A DNA stretch of 64,000 nt from Octopus vulgaris. Lineage: Eukaryota. The notes beneath the pieces were generated by a model that was not told the DNA's origin, made no database searches, and saw only the letters and a list, made by a program, of their open reading frames with translations. Shown piece by piece: positions 22,705 through 32,926 of this stretch. The position numbers and the translations under genes were made by a program. Location of the stretch: positions 83,266,001-83,330,000 of the forward strand of contig OX597826.1 of NCBI GenBank assembly GCA_951406725.2. Direction: 5' to 3'. Every line of letters begins with the position of its first letter. The stretch's first letter is position 1.

Positions 22705-23929
22705 TCCTATTATAAATTTCAGTGATGTTTCTCTATCCGTTACGTTTTTATGTTCGTTAACTCTTCCCAGACCATTGGTGCAAGGACAACGAAACTCAAA
22801 CCAGCAACTCCCCTTATCCCAGGGAATGTCCTAAGCGGTCTGGTTTTTTAAAGGCCGCCTAATTGGGGCCCCACTGCCACCCACCCCTATTTTTACTGTA
22901 TTTTAAACTAAATACATGGCATTGTCGACTTAATCGGAGCAATGACCTTGTAAGGAGGTTCAATTTCTGAAGGGCCACTTCAATGGGGCCCCACTGACCC
23001 CCCCCCACCCACCCACACACTATTTTTATTGCATTTACTTCACTCGTACTCTTATTGGTTAAACTAAGATCAGCATCAGTGCTTAGCACCTTTGCAGAAA
23101 TAAGTTTGGTCATTCTAAATACCTTCACGTACAAATCGAGAAAAAGAGTTATAACAGGTAAGTTTCAGGTGCGGTGGTGTGGATATTTATATTTTGTAGT
23201 TTATAAAACTTATTTCTAGGTGGAAAACTAATCTCCCTGTTTCGGTTACATATTAGGGCTGAGATAGGAGGGATCCATTTGCCATGTTCCTTTCCACAAA
23301 TATTACAATTAATAAACACGAAATGATTTAAAAGATTGAAAAATGATACTCCCGAACTAAGATTTAATGGAGCAAAATGTTCCAAGAAGTAGTTTTGAGG
23401 ACTGATAAGCGGCCCGTATTTTGGGGGCTTTCAGCCACAGAGTTCTAGAGTTTTTCACCTGAATACCCTACAGAACTCCCCAAATCCCTCCTCATGAGCT
23501 AGCCTGAATGCCGCCTGAAGAGCAGCTTCAAGGCTAGAAACTTAGCTTATAGGAAACTGTAAGTCAAACTAGAAACTAAGTGTATGTCTATCGACAAAAC
23601 TGGCAGAAAGCGGTCCAAGGGTTGGTACACTGACACACTGTTACAGAGATGGAATTCACGTTACATGAGGAATAAACAGCAAGTTAATGGAAGATGGCGT
23701 TTAGGTATGGATGCGAGTAAAGTACGGGTATTGAGTGTGTGGGTATGGGTGTGTGGATATATGTCGGGTGGGGAGTTTGGAATGGGGTATCGGGTAACTG
23801 ATACCAGGAGATAGATATACGATGAATGCGCCCGAGTCCATTACATTAAACAAGGCGAGGCCGACGGCCTCAAAGGTGCCCTCCACAGGAACTAACCCGA
23901 ATACTGCCCGAAGGGGGCTTTAAGGCTAG
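22705..23929 (+). mobile_element. Probable non-autonomous Helitron
   Basis: 5' A|TC..TATTATAAA followed by ..AACTCTTCCCAGACCATTGGTGCAAGGACAACGAAACT. The 3' end has hairpins (GAGGCCG-A-CGGCCTC; GCCC-GAAGG-GGGC) and then CTAG|T at 23926-23930. Confidence 0.5.
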
Positions 23930-24128
23930 TATATATATATATTAGAAAAAAACACCTTTTATCAATTCAAAATGAATAATTAAATTGCACCATCTAGAAA
24001 ATGAAATATAATAGAAAAGTTAAAATTAAAATAACAATTAAAAAGTAAAGATTAAGTAAATTACAAAAATAATATAATGTATATAATAGGTAGAAAAACT
24101 AAGTTTGGATTTTATTCCCTCAAATAAT

Positions 24129-24188
<60 letters not shown>

Positions 24189-25519
24189 ACATATTGTATC
24201 TTATAATTCTGTTTCTTAAATTCCCTTCTCCTTTTCTCACACAGACATAATCGTTTCTCTAAATAGCTTAATTTATCTCAAATTCTTTATCAAGGTGCTT
24301 GCATGAAAATTTAAATAGCGTTTAGATAAATTGAGACGAATTTCTGGAATACAGTTTATATATGTGCATACGTGTGTGTGCACATGTATGCATATTCATG
24401 TTTGTGCATGTACATGTGTGTGCATGTACATGTGTGTGCATGTACATGTGTGTGCGTGTGTGTGTGTGTGTGTGTGTTTAGATGTTTGCATGCGTACATG
24501 TATGTGTGAAGGTGTGTGTGGATGGGTGTAGGTGTTATGTAAAGTCACTCTACTGGCAGCATGTAACCCAGAAGTTCTTATCGCATAGCCAGGCCATCGA
24601 TGTCTAAACGAGCAGCTCTCTCAAGCCGGCTTGTTGAAGACGGTGGCTTTCGGTGGACATCCAGCAGAACGAAAATAACAAAATCAATGAAAGGGCAGAT
24701 GAAGTGAATCGAGTCAATGGCCTTTCAACCGCTGCGAGGGAAAGAGATTTAGATTTTGCTTATACACGTCTATAGGAGAAAGGATTTCGGGTGTAACACC
24801 TGCGACTTTGTTTGCATCCAATGATGTGAAACAGTTCTTGTTTGGGGGGAAAATTCATACGTTGTTTAGAGAGTGGGATCGGCCCAGTACAAGGCCTGGG
24901 TGAATCCTCTCTTTACAAAGGCTTCAGGTAGAGGGGTCACTTGATTTTTAACATTTCTATTAACTTATGGCTGGTCATAACCGACTAAGGTAAAAACAAA
25001 AAAAAATCAATGAAAAATTCTGTGAAGGAATGAAGGTATTTGTCAGTCTGACAGGTAACTCCTTGAACACCTGCTATAAGAGGCATCCATCATTGTCACA
25101 TCTGTGAAAAAGGAGTGTTGGTCCCTAGCAGGACTGAATAGACTTGCTTCTTTAAGAGAACGGTCAAGCGATTGTTGAACATGTCTGAATATATCTACAC
25201 ACACACACACATACATACACACACAAATGCGCACATACACACAGACATCTTCTACGAGTGATCTTGAATGCTCACAAGTGAATTCCACTTATCACGATAT
25301 CCAATCATATTCTAGCTGGGCGGTGTCCTCACTATTTTTACCGTCTGATTTATAGCCACAACTTTATCACTCCAACGGTCATCAATAAACTTTAACCTTG
25401 GTTGTCATAACATCGATGTCACTGGAGGTAGATTGCTATAAAGTTCGACACTGGTTTTCTTTCCTCTATGATGGGTCAAGTAATGCTCAAAGTAATCACG
25501 TGCAGGACTCGTCCAACCG

Positions 25520-25735
25520 ATTTTCTAACCCTAACCCTAGTGACCTTGTTGCGACACCTTGCTATCTGCTCTTTTCAACAATCTAATACTTTCCACATTA
25601 TTTTGGCCGTGCCAAGGAGGCAAACCTTTTGTAGCCATTCTAGTAGGCACTCTATTCCAATTTCCTTTATATTCCTCTTCACACCTTCTGATACTCACCC
25701 CAAAGTCCCAATAATAAATGGCACTTGTGTTTCAT
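25520..25735 (-). mobile_element. R4/Dong-type LINE C-terminal fragment
   Basis: TQVPFIIGTLG*V..IKEIGIECLLEWLQKVCLLGTAKIMWKVLDC* is the same C-terminal motif as at 46.2-46.6 kb and 47.4-47.6 kb. Confidence 0.75.
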
Positions 25736-26112
25736 ACAAGCCGTTCCATGTCCCACCCAGACACCCCAGTAGCAGCAAGTTGGACGTTTTATTATGGAAA
25801 TTATTTATGATTAGCAACGATATATTGTAAGGGAAGGAAACCAGAATCTAAGAATTAAGATTCTGTTAAATTTGTAATATTTCAGTTTTCGAAGAGTTTT
25901 AAAAGAATCAGAAATCTTCAATTTGATAATTTTTTTCTTATGATAGGGGCAGTACCATGAGGACAATGTTTTACATTTCTAATAGCTTGGGGTCTCCTAG
26001 TATTTGTCCATATTCTTTAAGAACGCCTTTTCATATTGTCCCCCAAAGCTTCAATGGTTACAGCACAGTTGTTGTTCTGAGATGCCTCCTTTTTGAAACC
26101 TCTCTTTTAACT

Positions 26113-26705
26113 CTTCTTCTTCTTCTCCTTCTTCTTCTTCTTCTTCTTCTCCTCCTCCTCCTTCTTCTTCTTCTCCTCCTTCTTCTTTTTCTTCTTCTCC
26201 TCCTCTTTCTTCTTCTTCTTCTTCTCCTCCTCTTTCTTCTTCTTCTTCTTCTTCTCTTCCTCCTCCTTCTTCTTCTTCTTCTTCTTCTTCTTCTTCTTCT
26301 CCTCCTCCTCCTTCTTCTTCTTCTCCTCCTTCTTTTTCTTCTTCTCCTCCTCTTTCTTCTTCTTCTTCTTCTCCTCCTCTTTCTTCTTCTTCTTCTTCTT
26401 CTCTTCCTCCTCCTCCTCCTTCTTCTTCTTCTTCTTCTTCTTCTTCTTCTTCTTCTTCTTCTTCTTCTTCTCCTTCTTCTTCTTCTCCTCCTCCTCCTTA
26501 TTATTCTTCTTCTCTTCCTCCTCCTCCTCCTTCTTCTTCTTCTTCTTCTTCTTCTTCTCCTCCTTCTTCTTTTTCTTCTTCTCCTCCTCTTTCTTCTTCT
26601 TCTTCTTCTCTTCCTCCTCCTTCTTCTTCTTCTTCTTCTTCTTCTTCTTCTTCTTCTTCTTCTTCTCTTCCTCATCATCATCATTATTACTATTATTATC
26701 ATCAT
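26113..26705. repeat. ~560-bp (CTT/CTC)n polypyrimidine tract with higher-order repeats, ending in (ATC/ATT)n
   Basis: Directly visible. The source of the poly-Leu, poly-Arg and poly-Lys/Glu pseudo-ORFs. Confidence 0.98.
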
Positions 26706-26854
26706 CGTTATTACCTGTTTGTTTACTGAATGATATAGGACACAATGCGAGTATGTACGGATACAGAAGTTGAACTGTGCTTCTTCGTAAATATCCTCAT
26801 AGCATCACGTTTCTCTAACTTATTGTCATACATACTCACGCGCTGACACACATC

Positions 26855-26892
<38 letters not shown>

Positions 26893-27081
26893 TCCGTGTG
26901 TTTCTGTTCTGTGTGTGTATTCCACACATTCATACAAACATATAAACCTACGCCAGATATTTACATTTCTAAGACAAGGTCATATTCAGCACTTTTATGT
27001 TTTGTTTTTGCTACAAAATGAACGAAAACCTCACACTCACTTAAGCGCGCAAGCTCACTGATATACCTACACACACACACT

Positions 27082-27131
<50 letters not shown>

Positions 27132-27902
27132 CATCCACACACATGTGCGCACAACATATATACACACAGATGACTAAGTAAAAAGACGAAGCTTGTACAA
27201 AAAGGTCTCTTATTGTTTGATGCATGCATGAATGCATTATTTACGTATCTATGTCTTTGTCCACCTGGGAGTAAATATATATTCACCTGTACACATACAT
27301 GAACGCATGCTCTTAAAGTGCGTGAGTGAGTGTGCCCAGGTTTGTGTCTGTATATCTATGTGTATGTGCCTATGCGTGTGCATCTGTGTCTGTCCTCCAC
27401 CTCCACTTGGCAACCGGTGTTTTTATGTTTATGTCCCCTTAACTCGGCAATTCGGTAAAAAAAAAAATAGAATAAGTACCATGCTTTATAAAAGAAAAAG
27501 GTTGATTTATTTGACTAAAGATTCTTCGGCGCAGTGCCCCAGCATGGCAACTCTAATGACTGAGACAAGTAAAAACAAGACTTAAATTAAAAAAAAAGGA
27601 AAAAGTAGTTAAAATTTACGTTTATTTGGTATTTTATATTCTAAATAGAATAACCGTTTCCTCTTTACTCTCCTTAGTTCGTTCATCTTCCACTGCATTG
27701 TCGGAAAACTCTATAGAATTAGAGGTTTAGCTAGTGTGTTTATGCCTCTTAATATCTGCTTAGAATTGAGTTCTAACATTAGTCCTACACCAAGGGATTA
27801 GCAAATGCTTGAGGGATATTTGGCTTCCGTTACTGAAGATAATGTGTTGTTTCAATCAACCTCAATACTTCACAAGCACTTTATCTTATCGACCCATTTC
27901 TG

Positions 27903-27973
<71 letters not shown>

Positions 27974-28419
27974 TGTGTTCGTGTGTGCACGTATATGTGT
28001 GCAAACACATAACTATATGTTATACATATATGATATATTATATACACTTCATCAATTTTCGCAGAAGTTAATACGTGAGACATTTAGCTATTACTCCTAG
28101 CAGGTCAGGCCATTTCTTTGCGGCTCCTTCGTTTTATATTGTGATTTATATATTCAACATGACTAGGAGCAGAGGAACAAGAACAATAACAACATTAACT
28201 ATGATGATTACTCCTAGTGACACGTGATCTCATGTTGAGTTGGACCTAGTACATTACTGGTATATATATTCCATCGATCAGGAGAGGATGAAAAGAAATA
28301 TCGGGAGCCCTATGCGATCAGAACATCAAAAGGTATGAGAGCAAAACGAAGAAGAAGAAGAAGAAGAAGAAGAAGAAGAAGAAGAAGAAGAAGAAGAAGA
28401 AGAAGAAGAAGAAGAAGAA

Positions 28420-28639
28420 GGGTCCTTTCTCCTTCAGGCACAAGGGGCCAGCAATTTCAGGGGAGGGCTTAAGTAGATTACATTGATTCCATTTCTCGAC
28501 TGTTACTTAACTCATCGATCTCCGAAAGGATGAAAGGCAAAGTTGACCTCAGCGGGATTTGAACTCAGAACATGAAGACAGATGAAATGGCGCTAAATAT
28601 GTTTCCTTGCGTGCTAACGATTCTGCCAGCTAGCCGCCT

Positions 28640-28640
<1 letters not shown>
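28420..28640 (-). mobile_element. SINE family B, full length, between (GAA)n and (TAA)n
   Basis: Reverse-complement head AAGGCGGCTAGCTGGCAGAATCGTTAGCACG...GTTCAAATCCCGCTGAGGTCAACTTTGCCTTTCATCC. Confidence 0.85.
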
Positions 28641-28696
<56 letters not shown>

Positions 28697-28941
28697 GGTG
28701 ATTACAAATTTAAGACACAAATTTTGTGGGTGGTGACAGGAAAAGAGAGGAGACGTTTGTAGCTGAATAAGCCAATCAAGGTATATAATTAGTATTTACC
28801 TTATTGACCCAGAATGCTATAAAAGATATAAATTGAACTCAGCAGGATTTGAACTCAGATCTGTGTAAAGTAAAAGACATCACTAAATATTGCAACAACA
28901 AAAACAGCAGTAAGATAAATAATAACAATGAGATACCTTAC

Positions 28942-29092
28942 CTGAAGTGACCGTACCCGGTAAATCGACAAAGTTATTGTGTATGAGCTGGGGAATGCGT
29001 AAGGGTTTATATAGTGTGTGATCGTAATACGAGATGATGTGACGGAGGTTGCGCTGAGAGACATTCTGACAACAGCAACCGCCGTTACGTCA
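28942..29092 (-). promoter_or_regulatory. Candidate pol II core promoter plus short first exon
   Basis: Minus strand: TGACGTAA (29092-29085), TATATAAA (29013-29006), TCATAC with its A at 28984 (29 nt from the TATA start), then donor CAG|GTAAGG after 28942. Confidence 0.45.
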
Positions 29093-29411
29093 GGACGACG
29101 AAAGACACGCCTGTGACCCCTGACACCGAAACAATAATATTTACATAGAGTTTCTTATTCTCTGCAGCAACTTTTTTATGATTACGGCACACAACACATA
29201 CAACGACGTGCGGCTAAAATCTGCCCGCTTCAAGTGTGAGATTTCAAGTAATAAGTAGTAAGCATAATAAGACGACAGCGACACCCGCAATGCATCTAGG
29301 TGAACGGAAGGGACAATGGTTCGTACTCCGTTACCGGTAGTACTACACTGTATTGTTTTATTGGATTGAGTTAGGTAGATAAAAGCGAGCAGTACAACGC
29401 ACCTAGATGTA

Positions 29412-30675
29412 TTGGGTTATCCCATAAATAATGCGGTTTTTTAATACTTCTTTTATTTTTCAAGATTATGATAAACAAATTTCTTTTTTCATCAAAAAAT
29501 ATATTTTCCTTCATTTTCTACAATGCCCTTCCATTTATCTGGTAGACTTGCAAGGCCCCTCTTCCAAAATTCACTTGCCCGTGATGAAAAATACTCCTCC
29601 AGTGCTGTTCTACAGCATTCATATTTTTTCTTCCAAATGATTTCGAAGACTGTGGAATAAATGATAATCAGATGGGACAATGTCCAGTGAATATGGTGGG
29701 TGGGGCATCATTTCCCATTCAAACTGCTCCAACCTTTGGAATGCCATCCTCGCGGTATGTGGCCAAGCATTATCCTGATGGAAGAACACCTTTCGTCTCG
29801 AAACCAAAGATGGTCATTTTCCTTTTAGCGCTGACTTGAGCCGCTCAAGTTGCTTGCAGTAGATCTCCTTTGTTATCGTTTGGTTTGGGTTTAAAAGTTC
29901 GAAGTAGACTAAACCTTCCATATCCCCCCAAACAGATAATAACGCCTTACGTGAGTGATGACCTTCTTTAGCCTAGGGTGTCAGTGTTTCTCCTTTCCCT
30001 ACCTACTGTCTTCGGCGCTTGACATATTTATAGGGAACTCATTTCTCGTCACCAGTCACCATTCGGTCCAAAAAAGGTTCATTCGTGAGACGTGGCAGCA
30101 AAGAAGAGCACACATTCACTCTCTGTGCGCGATTAGACACGGAAAGTTTGTGAGGGACCCATTGATCCAATTTACTGTCTTTCTGATGACACGCAGGTAT
30201 CGATGAATGGTTGAGTGACCAAATCCAAGCTTCTCTGCTAGTTCCTCAACAGTTACGACGGGATTTTGTTGCACCAGGATTTACAGGACATACTCGTTAG
30301 TCCCTATAGATCTTCCAGGACGAGGTTCGTCTTCTAGACTGTAGCTTCCAGCTCGGAATTTTTGGAACTACCATTGACACTGGCTTACTCTTATTGTTCG
30401 ATCCCCATATCCTGCATTAATATTCTTCGCACTTTCCGTTGCGTTGTTGCTTTATTGAACTCATAAAGCAAAATATGCCAGATATGCTCCATTATAGCTT
30501 TGGAAAACTAACTGTTTAAGTCGACCTGCACTCTTCAAAGCTTGCACTAAGAATAAGGACAAGGTAAAATTACTACGTGCTTTTATAGGAAGTTGCTGCA
30601 GATAATTTACCCCGTTCCCCTCCGACTTTTAGTTCATGCAATTAAAAAATCCGAATTATTTATGGGATGGCCCAA
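29412..30675 (-). mobile_element. Full-length (1264 bp) mariner DD34D transposon, transposase inactivated
   Basis: ~34-bp TIRs (TTGGGTTATCCCATAAATAATGCGGTTTTTTAAT / ATTAAAAAATCCGAATTATTTATGGGATGGCCCAA), TA on the left and CA on the right. Motifs HILLYEFNK, FQKFRAG..LEDEPRPGR, HQDNAWPH, HPPYSLDIVPSDYHLF; several stops and frameshifts. Confidence 0.95.
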
Positions 30676-30899
30676 CATATGTTCACTCAGCGCTATGTGA
30701 TTGCTATCCGTTACCCTGAAATGAAAGCAGCGAGAGCACTGTATAAACGGCGAGTGTTTTAATCATCATCCCCGGTCTAATTACTGATATTCTTCCAGTA
30801 GAAAATTTTAGTAGTTTATAGCATTTTAGTCAGATGGGAAACTCTCAGATTCCCCCGTAAACTCTCAGATAAGTTGAAATCATTCTTAAACCAGGGTTA

Positions 30900-31130
30900 T
30901 GGCCCCTGAACAGATCGTACTCTGGCTGAGTATTCCACAGACACGCATACAAGAATGTGACAAAGCTGGCCTTTTGAATTACAGGTACAACTCATTTTTG
31001 CCAGCTGAGTGGACTGGTGCGACGTGAAATAAAGTGTCTTGCTCAAGACCACAACGTGCAGCCAGGAATCGAAATCTCGATCTCACGATCGTGAGCCGAA
31101 TGCATTGACCACTAAGCCACGGCCCTTCAC
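30900..31130 (-). mobile_element. tRNA-derived SINE (family C-related head)
   Basis: Reverse complement: GTGGCTTAGTGGTCAATGCATTCGGCTCACGATCG...TTCGATTCCTGG...GGTCTTGAGCAAGACACTTTATTTCACG. Confidence 0.8.
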
Positions 31131-31423
31131 AATTCCGCTGGTCATCTTCGAATGATGACCATCAACTAACAAACAATACAACGGAGGGAGAATGCCTCGA
31201 AGGAGCGTTCTGCCAATTCAGTTTACACGCTCGAATGAATCACATAGAAAGGCGTGAATAATTTCGATCAAATAAGGCGTTCCGGGCAATTAGTAGACAA
31301 AAGTTCCCTCTAGCGATGTTTAAAAACATTTAGAAGACAACTCCAAGAAGAATTTGACGAAATCTTTTAAGGTTATCAGTCATACAAAATGAAGAACTTT
31401 AAACAAAGTTATTTGTTGTGAAT

Positions 31424-31686
31424 GCGCGTGGCCTAGTGGTTAGGCTGTTGCACTGACGATCGTTAGACCGTGGGTTCGATTCTCTGCTTGGGCGGCGCGT
31501 TGTGTTCTTGAGCAAAAACACTTCATTTCACGTTGCTCTAGTCCCCTTTTTGGTCGGGGGAGTATGTCGTCCTGCTCTCCTAGCCAGGGGCTGGAATCAT
31601 TTGAAGGCTAAAAACATGCAAAGCGCATTTTGACCAGCGATGTGAAACAACATCTGATAGCCTTGTCGGTCACGTGACCACGTGAT
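31424..31686 (+). mobile_element. tRNA-derived SINE (family C-related), full length
   Basis: GCGCGTGGCCTAGTGGTTAGG...GGTTCGATTC head. Its tail GACCAGCGATGTG..ACATCTGATAGCC..GTCGGTCACG also occurs inverted at 20953-21050. Confidence 0.85.
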
Positions 31687-31689
31687 ATG

Positions 31690-31905
31690 TTGGTTTCAAA
31701 TTTTGCCACTAGGCCAGAAATTTCGAGGTTGGGGCTAAGTCGATTAAATCGACCCCGATGCGTACTTAGTACTTATTTTATCGACCCCGAAAGAATGAAA
31801 GGTAAAGTCGACCTCGGTGGAATTTGAACTCAGAACGTAAAGACGGACGAAATTCCACTAAGCATTTTGTCCTGCGTGCGAACGATTCAGCCAGATCGCC
31901 GCCTC
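31690..31905 (-). mobile_element. SINE family B, full length
   Basis: Homologous to 28420-28640. Further copies or fragments near 5020, 33560, 34750, 46670, 47780, 58490, 62880 and 63520. Confidence 0.85.
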
Positions 31906-32369
31906 AACAATGTTATATATTTCACAAAGCTCTGATGTCCTTTACAACTAAGTTACAACTACAAACTATCCCGATATATTTTATGGAAATACACCAAACA
32001 TATTTCGTTTGCTACATGCAGGGTGCGATGGGTAAATTGTTGTCTACGCTGTTTGCTCAAGCGAACCACTTGATCAGACGAACAAAGAAAGGCAATTACA
32101 GTTTTTTGTTTTGTTTTTTTTTGTATTTCTATGATACGAAGAAAACAGAAATCCTGCAACTGTTGGCTATTTTTGCTGTTGACAGAATTGGATTTTTAGC
32201 AAAGGACAAACCAAAGAATGTCTATTCAAACCTGTTCTTAGCACATAGAACGGTCTAACCCGATGAAACAACACCCATTCCCTTTAGCACAAAATGATGG
32301 AGTAGCTTCCGTAGATGATGAAACTGGGAGTGCTGGACGTTCTTAGACAAAGAAATAGAGAAAGAAATT

Positions 32370-32926
32370 CGAGGATCTTTTGAATAATCTTCTAAAAGAT
32401 TTAATAGTTGTCTAATGACAAATTAGAGCCTGTTTTATTTCATGACCGAAACATGTTAGTTTACTTAACGAAGTGAATTGCTATCGAAAACGAAATTTAA
32501 ATTTGACAGCATACTTAACAGTAAATTGCCCACTCAGTTATTGCAATAGCATCAGTTAACCGTTTCCAAACCTGCCTCAGGCTCTGGAAGCGTCTGCCAA
32601 TGACCTCTTCATCGATGCATCACAAAGAAGCTTGAGAACAGTTCTACTGCTCCTCCGTTACCCATTCGCTCCACCTAAAAATGGAAGTACCACTTGGTTT
32701 TAATCAATACCGTATTGTCAATGGAATGTTAGCGAAGATCTTCAAGTGGCTGGCATGCTAATGAACATGCAGACAGGATTTGCAAAATACAATTCCTAAG
32801 AATGGTACAATTTCTAAGAGACAATCGTGCCACCATGAATGAACAGTTACAATTTGTTCCTTTGGTTGGTCTCCAAAAACCATCTCTACCGGCTTGGTTT
32901 AATAAAATATCTCGTTAAAGCAATGG
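32370..32926 (+). mobile_element. DNA-transposase pseudogene fragment, probably Chapaev3-like (CMC group)
   Basis: Frameshifted segments LNNLLKDL, CYRKRN, LFIDASQRSLRTVLL, WNVSEDLQVAGMLMNMQTGFAKY, DNRA, VPLVGLQK and LGLIKYLVKAM follow the order of the LFIDSSKRSLKAVLL...LGLMKNFVKAM family. The family name is from recall. Confidence 0.7.

Noticed and set aside
24550-24930. Complex GC-richer segment, possibly an exon or LINE relic
   Set aside because: No sustained open frame or recognisable motif by eye; left unannotated.
25957-26745. Long poly-Leu, poly-Arg and poly-Lys/Glu ORFs of more than 200 aa
   Set aside because: Translation of a (CTT/CTC)n tract that is nearly free of stops in several frames; no complex sequence.
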